A DNA stretch of 61,030 bases, the filler included, from Sphacelaria rigidula (lineage: Eukaryota): assembly GCA_964200075.2 (NCBI GenBank). It is 8 parts of 8 records of this genome, joined end to end, with 100 filler letters (N's around TTAATTAATTAA, not from the genome) between each part and the next. Parts side by side here need not be neighbours in the genome. Positions count along the whole stretch, not along the records: positions 45,849 to 53,389 come from CAXNAA020014429.1; positions 53,490 to 61,030 come from CAXNAA020014430.1; 6 more parts are not named here. One strand, written 5' to 3'. The stretch's first letter is position 1, and the number at the start of each line of letters is the position of its first letter. The notes beneath the pieces are model-generated. The model saw only the letters and a list, made by a program, of their open reading frames with translations. It made no database searches and was not told the DNA's origin. Both the position numbers and the translations under genes were made by a program. This document shows positions 51,535-61,030 of this stretch, piece by piece.

Positions 51535-52015
51535 CCGGTCGCCCCGGTGACTCAGTTGGTATCCTCGAATCCCTGTGACAGTTGGGTCGTGGGTTTGAAT
51601 CTCGGTGAACTCACACGATCTGGGAATTATTCTCACACCGTGGCATACCATGGAGAATAGAATACACAGTCAAAAAGTGTACTGTGTACAGTATGGACTA
51701 TTGCGCCTTTTGCAACAGGCAATATATTCCATGATGTACGCAGTACATTTTTTTATACTAGAAGCTATTGTCCACGGTGTGCACCGTGGAGGGCGACCAT
51801 GTCGTGGGTACACAAGAATTGACTTCGCGGTCGGCGAGTTAAAGGGACCGCTGGACCTCCCTCGCAATAAAGAAATGAGACAAGCACCGCAGAGGGAAGG
51901 TGGAGTACTAAAACATACTAGAAAAAACTCCGGTTTGTTGGCCTTCCTCCTGTGTGACCCCGTGTGCCCACGTATACCGAAATGTGTAGACTGGCGTCCA
52001 GAATAGTTGGGTGAC
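51535..52015 (+). mobile_element. tRNA-derived SINE carrying a nested ~140-bp palindromic insertion
   Basis: Head ccggtcgccccggtgactcagttgg...gggtttgaatct. The body resumes at ~51783 after an insert flanked by accgtg direct repeats. Confidence 0.75.
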
Positions 52016-53895
52016 AACACGGACATTCGACTGTAGCTGTGTTTCCATCTGTGCGCGTCTTCAATGCTGCTGGAGCCCTGGAGTTTCGGCACACGGTTAC
52101 ATCTCAAATCACCCTGTCGCGTCCGGGTGACCGTGCAGTCATAAGATCATGAACAATCAAGGCCCTAGTTGGACTGCGGTCCGTTAACGTCACCTTTCGG
52201 ACATAAGTGCCCCTTCATGTTCTAAATGTCAGCAACATTTTGGGATCTTCCTAGGGCGCGAAGGAAAAAAACGCTTTACAGTTCAGGGTAGTGGACCAAT
52301 CACAGCGTCCGGTTTAGTGTCGACGTACGTTTTCGATTGCAAATTGTTTTTTTGTTCGAAATTTTAATTGGCCGAAGTATCTAAGCCGCTATTTGTTCCC
52401 TCTGCTGTTTTGTTTTCGAGTGGGTTTGAGTTCATGTGGTTTGAGGCAAGTCCTTTTTCCACCTGAAGTCATCGTGCAGAGACCGACCATTTCTGGGAAA
52501 GGCGGTTGCCTTCAGTTTGTTCTGTTTTGTTCGCTTGTCTGTTTATCTGTTTGTTCGTTTCTTCAGTCTACTGTCTGTTTCATCTTTCTGTTTCCTTCAC
52601 TTTTTTATCAGCACGTGTTTCTGTTCTGTTCACCTTCGGTACGTTCATCGTGTGGATAATGACGACGACTGGGTCTCTCGGGGATCAGTTAACGTGCGAC
52701 AATTGATCACTTATATCAATCAAAATCAATAAAAAAAAGCATTGCATGGAAGCTGCTCGCAATCTTGTTATGGTGCCCGCTTCGGGTGGAGTGAAAGATC
52801 CTTTATGAGTGGCGCAGAATAATCTTTCACGCTATGTTTATTTCGCAGGGGAGGCATGTATTCTAATGGTAAAGTCCATAATGAAAAGTCTACGTCATCT
52901 TCCAAGGAATATCAGGATAGGAAGATGAACATAACACGCAAGACGAGTTAGCGACTGGTCACTGCTAGTTCGGAGGAAAACCACTTCATACTGAGGAAGG
53001 AGCAGCAGCAACTCGCACGACTCTCTGCAGAGCTTTTTCGGAACACATTCGCGATTGTTTGATGATTTCTTTCGTCCACACAAGGACGGAAAAATTTGCT
53101 TTTCCATTATCCCTGCACATTTCCCCCCCCTTCACCTAGACGAATGGTGAGACACCCATGAGGCAGTGTATAAGCCGTGGCTGTCTCTAAAAGTGGCGAT
53201 ACCACACAATAAAGCAACTTATTGTAGGCTGTCATCCAAATGCAAGATAAAAAGGGGGCTTCGAGCCGAACAATCTTCGTAGCATGCAGTTCACCCGTCA
53301 TGCGACTCGCCGAACATATCACGGCGCTTCGCGCTTGGTGATTGAGTGCGAGCCTGGTCCGGCGAAAACCCGGCGTGCTCCTTCCCGGCNNNNNNNNNNN
53401 NNNNNNNNNNNNNNNNNNNNNNNNNNNNNNNNNTTAATTAATTAANNNNNNNNNNNNNNNNNNNNNNNNNNNNNNNNNNNNNNNNNNNNAAAACCTGCTG
53501 TTTGTTACCTGCCCCCGTTTGGTAGCTATTCAAGTCTCGCCGCGCCATGCAAAACCCTAAGCCCCCCCCCCCCCCCCCTCCAGATCTCCTTACAAGCAAA
53601 TCAACCTTTTTGTGCGTGACCCAAGAATGTTTGTTTTGGTGATCCTGAGCACAGAGCGACTTCGAATCAGCTTTTGTTCGGACATCCATTTGTTTGGGTC
53701 ACTTGCCTTTGGATTGATATCATCTGCCCGACGAAGCACATCAATCTTGACGTCTCTCTTGAAGTAGATCGTGTCACTGTCAGCCACCTAGCCCTCCCCT
53801 CCCCTCCACCATTTCTCCATTCCGCACTCCCCCCCCCCCTTATTCGCGGGTTTCGGGTTCGCAGGGGACAACTTCCTTGGATTGTCTGCCCAAAG

Positions 53896-54104
53896 GAACA
53901 GTTGGAAGGCCGACTTGGTACCGTTCTTCGTGGAAAATAGACTGCTGCCGCAGTTCGAGAAGGCATGCCTGAAGTTCAACACTGGATACGACATCACCAG
54001 CGAAGAATCTAGCGCGTTTCAGAGAATGGGCCCTGAGGTGTTCGAGCGCGCAAAGGACGTGTTGGCGCCCGTGGCGGACTCTAAGCCCGCCCTTCTGCAC
54101 GGAG
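53896..54104 (+). CDS. Fructosamine/ketosamine-3-kinase family protein, penultimate exon
   Basis: NSWKADLVPFFVENRLLPQF...KPALLHG then G|gtaaga. Splicing to 58095 rebuilds the LLHGDLWxGN catalytic motif. Confidence 0.88.
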
Positions 54105-54379
54105 GTAAGATGATGAGATCGAAGGGTTTACGTTGTTGCGGTGTTCCAGTGTTTCCCTCTAATCGTTGCTACTGTTCTTGTTTTTGTGTGTGTTTTTTGC
54201 GCTATTGTTTGTGTTGAGGACGACTCATGGAAGGGAAGAGTCTGAATGGAATCCGTGTGCTGTCCCAAATATGTATGATGAGTGGGTGCGAAACAGCACA
54301 ACCGTATAAAAATGACGTCTGGCTTGTTCAACATTTTCCGTAGGCAAATGCTACGAGTATCATGTACTTGAAACAGTCA

Positions 54380-57300
54380 CTGGGCAATACTGATATCATC
54401 TACTGTGGGTCTCAAGCCCGCGCAGTGCTACAACGTGTTGGCGAATCAGGTAATTGGTGCAAACGCAGGCGAACCCTGTTTCGGCAAAATGGTCGCAGTT
54501 GGGTTGGCGCGATGGTTGAGCGCACGTGACCCGCCGTACGGTATTCTTTTACCAAATATAGTTCGCCACACCGTATTATCGTGGGATGTTTACATGACTG
54601 CATCCTTGTGTGCCTGGCCAGAGTTAGCATACTGGGATTTGTAGAGTCGTTCTGTTCCTCACATTCCTGGGGCCCCTTAACGTGGGTGGGTCCCTCAGAC
54701 AACTTCCACCAAATGTTTTACCCTATCAGGCAGGTAGCTCGCTTCTTTACGAGAAGATCGCTGTCTACGGAGAATCATGCGTGTGTACTTCACACTCCTA
54801 CAGTGACGAAGTTGACTCAAAAACCAGACTACGGACACGACCCTCATGGTAGCCAGTTCTCCATATGGGAGCATAGTGTCTTTCTTGAGCTGCGATGTCT
54901 TGGTATCGGAAGAGAAGACGCGCGGTTGCATCGATTCCCTACTGGAATGGAGCTGGATCCCAACCCCGGACCCCTACGCTTGCAAATCTTCGTACATTCA
55001 TGACTACAAGTAACAGCGGCACACGCGATCACCGCTCGGGGTGGTCTCTACGCGACACGGTCGCATGTACTCCCATGCCTTTCTAGTTCTGCGTCATGCG
55101 TGCACGACTAGTTGTCACACAAACGGCATGGACGTGACGCGACCTTTTCGGCCCCGCCCGGTGAGCCTCGTTTTTTTTGTTTCGTCTGTTTTGTCGTGTT
55201 GGTCGGGGCCAGATTCGAAGCCAAAGATATCCTGTGCAGGAAGCATGCAGTCATCGCATGGTGTCACTAATATGAAAAGATTATGACTGCTCGACAGACA
55301 CTCGTTGAAATTTTCCCTTGAATGTAGTAGTATCCGCATCACTCTCCTTTCCCCCCCCTCCCACTTCGAACAGCCTCTTCGTTCTTTCGTCGGACTAGAA
55401 GCTAGCTGCAGGGGTAGCCCTTTTTGGCACGCTGTCATTCACGTCGGAGGTCATCTGAACACGTACCGATGGAGGGCTCAGTGCTGCCGGGCCCTTCAAA
55501 TATGTGGCTTACCGTGATGCATTAGACGGACTGTATTGGATGGAATAGATACCTGACAGAAGGGTGAAGTCTGGAGCGAAGAGTGTATCAAGGACGGGGA
55601 CGAGAACCTACTGTGGGACAAAGGTCCAATTTGCGAGATATGGGAACGATACTTTTCAACCTTTCTGAATGCTGAATCCGTGACTATCGACCGAACCGTC
55701 ATCGAGAATATTGCGCAACGATCAATAGTGTTGTCACTTGCAGGTCCGCTGGCTCAACTGAAAGTGATTATACCCTAAGAGCTATGGCTTTGCCAAAGCG
55801 ACGGGTCTGAATGGTCCACCTGATGAACTTCTCGAGCTTGGGTTGATCGGGGGGGCGCCAGGAAAGTTTTCACTCCCACAGCATCATTGCTGCGGTCTGG
55901 ACAATCTAGCGAGGTGCCGCAGGAGTGGAAATGCGCCACTACCAAGGTACTAGACAAGAAGGATAGGGTTCAATGTGGTACCTACAGGAGCATCTCGCTC
56001 GTGGCACAAGCTGATGAAGTTTTCCTTGAAATCGTAGCTAGCCAACAGGCTCGGTAGCTTCTGCGAGGACGCAGGGATCTTCCCGACAGAACAGTGCTGA
56101 TTCCGGTGCCAACGATCAACCATGAGCATCATGTTCGTGGTTCGGCGACTATAGGAGTTGAGGCCGGCGAGTAATGTCCCACCAAGCATGTGCTCCATCG
56201 ACCTCCAACAAGCCGACGACTGAGTAGACCGCACGCTTCCGTAGGAAGTGTTTGCCCGATTCGGAGTCCCGCGCGGAATATCAAACTTCTTCTTATGCTC
56301 AAATGGCATGCAAGCTCGGGTACAGCTGGATGATCGCGAGCTATGAGCGTGACTATACGTCTGCCAGTGACTCGGGCGAGAAAGCGCCTCGCCCCCGCTA
56401 TTATTCAACACCTTCGGCGCAGCCTTGGTCGACGTGATCGTACAGCGGTTCGCGGCAGACCCAGTTGGACTTATATTTTTAGGTGATGCGCCCAAAGGCG
56501 GCGATGGTGAACCTCCGAGAGAGATGGCGATGGAGAAGATGCGGCGCGAGGTGTGGATGATGCTGTATGTGAACGTATCGAGGGGGACAACTGCGAACGT
56601 ATCGAGGCAACCATCCACAGGCGCCAACTTTGGTTCGCGGAGGCCCTTGTCGGGCTGGACGAATCGCGTCTTCGAAAGCGCACCGTGTTCGGAGGGTCAG
56701 CCGCGCAGGGGCCCAGGGACGCCGGCCGGCACCTCCAACACTAGGGGGGCCGCCTTCAGGAGTTATGTGCACTACGCAGAGGCTCTTCTATGCGAAGGAA
56801 CACGACGGAAATGGTTCGTCTACAGAGCGCCGGTCAAGGTCGCACACGATTGGATCACTGTGACGTAGAACAACGGAAAAGGCATGGTGGAGTCGGCAGA
56901 CGGCGAAAGAGTTGGAGGAGGTGTGACGACGCATAAAGATAAACTCCAATCGAACCTTCGCCACAAACAATAGGCTGCTGCATCGACAGTCACCAAGCGG
57001 ATAGCCGTCACTCCTGACGCGACAACAGCAACAGCTCGCAAGGAATCCAGGATGGAAGTGGTCGAGAGAGTGTCTCGCTTTTGTGCCGGACTAGGGATGA
57101 ATAAGGGATGCTGGGTTAACATGAAAAATGATGCACCCATGTCCTCTCTTATCGATCGTGTACTTTTTCCTCGGCCTATGGTCTCGCGGTGTTCCCTCGT
57201 GCTGCTTTTGAACATCATTCATGCTCTACTGTGTCCTTAGGTTTCATCGCTCCCTTAGTTTCCTTGTCCTTTCTTCTTTCTTTCTCGCTCGATCTTTCTC

Positions 57301-57850
57301 GCTCAATCTTTCTCTCCATTTCTCGCCTTTTCTTTCCTCTCAGTGTTATGCAGTAGCAGTTTGGAGCTTTGCTTCCGTAGAGCTGATGGGTGAGAGGTCA
57401 TGATCAAAAGCCAGATGTTCTTCATCGAGAGGCAGACTCCCGAAGTGCAGAGCCTGAGAAAAAAAAAATGTGCGCCCCTACCGTAGGAGGCCTCCGCACG
57501 GACTTTTTCACCTAAAGCCATGCTGGAGGGGGGCGGCTAATCCTCGGTCTATTTCGTTGTTCATTTGATTCCATTACTGTGTTTTGCATACTTCATCTCC
57601 GTTCCTTTCCTTCCCCTTGCTGCTTGGTTTTGTCCTGTTTTTTTTTTTCTTGTTTTGGTTTCTGTTTTTGTTTCTCAGTGTACTGCATTTGTCTGTTCTC
57701 TCTCTATGTATACATATATTTCCTCGTTTCTTCTTCAGCGAGCGGTTCTGTTCTGTCACCTTGGGTACGTCTATCTCGTGGATAATGATCAAATCACGAC
57801 TGGGTCCCTCGGGGATATGTTGATGTGTGGCAATGAATAACATCAATCAA
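54380..57850 (+). mobile_element. Decayed LINE filling the kinase intron (RT remnants, 3' UTR, AATC tail)
   Basis: Remnants KVLDKKDR...YRSISLVAQA, LPTEQC*FRCQRST..IMFVVRRL, CSIDLQQA..VDR, PLLFNTF and RRQLWFA. Same family as 200-1765. Confidence 0.82.
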
Positions 57851-58094
57851 TGACTCTAGATAGTATCACTTTATGCCTGCTGTCTACCCCGAAAATGTGT
57901 TCGCTGATGTTAGAGCAGTTGCCCTGTCCAGCTGTCCGTAACAGCCACCGCCTGGCCAACCTACTCAGTCACTGGAAGGGCTTATTTCTCGTTACGACTA
58001 TATGTAACCTGTTCCTCCTCCCTCCTACCCACTCCCTCCTGCAACTGTTGTTCGTTGTCGAAACTAAACACAACAAAATTCCCAACATGATCAG

Positions 58095-58429
58095 ATCTTT
58101 GGGTTGGGAACTGCGGAGGAGTGCCCGCGGAAGGACGGGCGCGAGAGGCTGCAGTTTTCGACCCAGCATGCTGGTACGGCCCGCCCGAATTCGACCTGGC
58201 CCTGGCGACTATGTTCGGCGGGTTTGGCGAACCGTTCTATGAAACATACCACGCGATTATTCCCAAAGCTGAGGGTTTCGAAATGCGCATGCGGTACTAC
58301 AAATTATATCACTATCTAAACCACTTGAACCTTCACGGGGCTGGGTTTGGGCACGGGGGTTCTATGGAAGATCCGCGCGGTTATTTGGAGCGGACCGTTG
58401 GGTTAATGCAGGACATTACGGGTGATTAA
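58095..58429 (+). CDS. Fructosamine/ketosamine-3-kinase family protein, last exon
   Basis: tcag| acceptor. Translates (D)LWVGN...VFDPACWYGPPEFDLALATMFGGF...YKLYHYLNHLNLHG...GD*, containing the FN3K-family DPA..YG..E.DLA...MFGGF and Y.LYH.LNH motifs. Confidence 0.92.
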
Positions 58430-58482
58430 ACAGTCCTTGCCTTGATCTTGGGAGGGGCGCAGGGTGGGGGGGGCGAAGGGGG

Positions 58483-58730
58483 CGTACTCATTTGTTGATT
58501 GCCTTTGCCGTTTGACCATTGACCACGCATCCCCTTCGTGACGGAGGACCATTTCTACTCGTAATAGAAACACGTACAACATTTCGGCGCTCATTACGTT
58601 TCTTCCATACACCAGACAAAAGCCTTGTACATATCTTATCCCATTTTTGATTCGCCGTCTGTGGCCACCATTTATCTACTAGTTTAGCCAACGTTTTCTC
58701 GTTACTGTCTAATGTATAAAAAAATTTCAT
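58483..58730 (-). mobile_element. 3' end fragment of a retroelement just downstream of the kinase stop codon
   Basis: Shares its end with 7643-7830. Minus-strand frame LVDKWWP...VWKKRNE...GPPSRRGCVVNG. Confidence 0.55.
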
Positions 58731-60195
58731 GCCACCCTCGTTTACTTCCCGTCCAGTAGGAAGGGGGGGACAGATGAGTCACGTTATCGTGATTTTGGTG
58801 GTTTTGATATTTGTCCGATGTCCGGGTATTAACGTCCCGTTAAAACGCTGTTTTCACCAGCGTTTAGGCACAGGATCGGGAGAGGTACATGCACACGATA
58901 CTTTCGTTATTCGGTACGTTTCTTCTTGCGCGCAAGGAATGGATAAGAAAGAAGCAGCTCAATTGGGGGTGTGAAAGCGGAATGCTGAGCTTGCCATGTG
59001 TGTGACTACTCACTTCCTCTTCACAACTGCAGTCAAGCGACCTTGTTTTGTTATTGCCAGAGGGCGGCATCAGCCCTTCGGAGGCAACAATCGATATCTG
59101 TTTTGTCCAGTGCCGCTCCCTTGCAGCAGTACCCTGGTATCTATCTAGCGCACAGGTTTGACACGGTTTCAGTCACATTCCACCGTGGAAAATGATTTGT
59201 AGGTGAAGCACCTTGGAAAAGGTGCAGGCCGAGTACCCCTGGACCGCCATCCAGGGTGTATACGTCCGAATGTTACTCTGTACTAAAGCATGTACCAAAG
59301 GTCGGCCCAGTCATGACGACCTCGCTTTTCGGTGCAGTGTTGTGCTTTCGAGCAACGAATAATAATCACGGGGAGCCCGCACGTTTTCCAGAGCGCGAGT
59401 CGATCATACTTTCTGTTTTGGGAAGCATCGGAACAAGCGTTCGTTGTGTACCCTCACTTATCCCCGCGATTTCTAGTGCCAACGACTGCAAACAAACGTG
59501 AGTTGGCACCAAAAGTAAGGTAGTACGTTACTAAGGTCGACACGGGCAGTAAATGAGGTCAAGGTTGCTGAGGGTACTGAGAGTGCTCAGAACAGGTGAG
59601 TTTTCAATCCAAGAAGATATCTTACAAAAATACGATACGAATTCAAAGAACTTCCGTTGACAAGGTTTCGTGGGGTTGAGAGCCTATCGTTTCATTGAAG
59701 GTTAGTCTTGTGAATCGTTCTAACTTGACCAACTAATAATGTTCTATTTTGGGTGGGCTTTCTCCCGTGTAACGATGCCGTGTGCTTACAGCTACTCGGG
59801 GATATCGAAGGCATCAGTAGCAAGCGACTACAGAAAGCATTGAAGGATTGTGTAAGGCCTGAAGGGGCACTTCGGCAGTGAAACCGTTTCACGGATTATA
59901 TCGACCACTTATTATTGAAATCTGGAGTTCCAGATTTGACGAGGCCAATACAAAGGAATATAGATTGTAATCATCCCACGGCCAAGAGCTTTCATTCGAG
60001 CCGCTACTTGCCTCGCTCGGCCAAGTGTTCCCCAAGAAACACCAGTCGATGAGTGGAGTTGAAATTCCTATCTTTTGAGGTTCTCAATGTCAATCAAACG
60101 CTAGACTATCAATCTGGCGAAAGCCCTGTTCTTCGCGCAGTGGGGAAACGAACGCTACGAGCTGGGCCAGCCGAGAAGCGATTCTGTAGATTGCA

Positions 60196-60476
60196 GGCCC
60201 ATTATACGGCCAATATTTAGAGCTGGATCCTGAAGTCTGGTATGGACAATTAAGAGGACATAATGATAAAAACTACCAGTGCACACAACTTTTTTTTTGT
60301 TTTCCCATGAGTTGGAGGAATTTTACTGATATCTGAAAACTAATTATTGCCCTCAACTAACGGAAAAACTATTAAAAAAAACCTTGTGTGCACTAGTGAA
60401 GTTTTTTATTATGCCCTATGTATTGTCCACACCAGATTTTAGGGTCCAACTCTAAGTATTGGCCATATAATGGACC
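60196..60476. mobile_element. Foldback MITE (~280 bp)
   Basis: ggcccattatacggccaatatttagagctggatcct...gtgcacacaa pairs with ttgtgtgcac...agggtccaactctaagtattggccatataatggacc. Confidence 0.8.
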
Positions 60477-61030
60477 GTTCAGTGACGGGGTCAACAGAAA
60501 TTCGGAACAGTATTTTGCAGGCCACTTTCCCGGCCCGCGTTTGGTGTTTGTGTATTGAAACTTTGTGTTGGCCGTGGCTAGGGCATAATTGACAGAACAA
60601 GTCGGTCAGGCTGACCTTTTCTTATTTTTTCATTGGTTTAGAGCGTTTTAGTGTCGAAACCGCCATTGTTTTAAGAGAACGCCCGAACCTCCCCGAAAAA
60701 AAACAATGAAGGCCCATTTTTTTTTAATTCAGCACACCCATGTGGTCATTTATCCTGAGTTTCAAATTACTATTCCAAAAATTGAGCTAAACAATTGAGA
60801 TAAGGCCCAAAAGCAGTGTTCATTTCTCCTCAAAACTGCCCCAAAACCCAAAAAAATTGAAAAAAAAACGAAGAAATTGAAAAAGTTGTGTTTATTGGCT
60901 TTATTATACACTAGTGGTTCTCCATACGAAATTTTATAGCATAACTCTCAAAAACTGAGACGCGATAACCAGGTTAAAACAGCCGATCATCTATGTTGAG
61001 GATGGTGCTTTTCATTGAGGATGAGAACCC

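Noticed and set aside
1..61030. A metabolic or defence gene cluster formed by the oxidase, sirtuin, reductase, ankyrin and kinase genes
   Set aside because: Apart from the sirtuin/reductase pair, these genes lie on different contigs that were concatenated by length. The sirtuin is an ordinary spliced eukaryotic gene, not a prokaryotic SIR2 defence module.

Overview
Eukaryotic nuclear DNA, most consistent with a brown alga (Phaeophyceae, Ectocarpus-like). This is inferred from the long repeat-filled GT-AG introns, the gene families and the ankyrin family. The window is not one locus. It is eight unrelated contigs of 7541-7542 bp joined by seven artificial 100-nt linkers (N44-TTAATTAATTAA-N44), so adjacency across a linker has no biological meaning. 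Gene fragments with splice-site support: an FMN-dependent alpha-hydroxy acid oxidase (2 exons), a Sir2-family sirtuin (2 exons) head-to-head with a GaaA-like D-galacturonate reductase, a fructosamine/ketosamine-3-kinase (last 2 exons), a possible NusG/KOW-like protein (2 exons), a compact multi-exon gene of unknown function, and one complete intronless 490-aa ankyrin-repeat gene. The rest is mainly decayed LINEs, a tRNA-derived SINE family, many MITE/foldback elements (including ~100-bp piggyBac-type TTAA MITEs), a young element with inverted arms of at least 429 bp, and satellites. No CRISPR array, rRNA or intact tRNA gene is supported. The most interesting leads are the ankyrin gene with a possible split SOCS-box/F-box-like tail, the decayed intronless coding-like tract next to it (possible endogenous viral relic), and the long-inverted-repeat element. 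All three are hypotheses that need homology searches.
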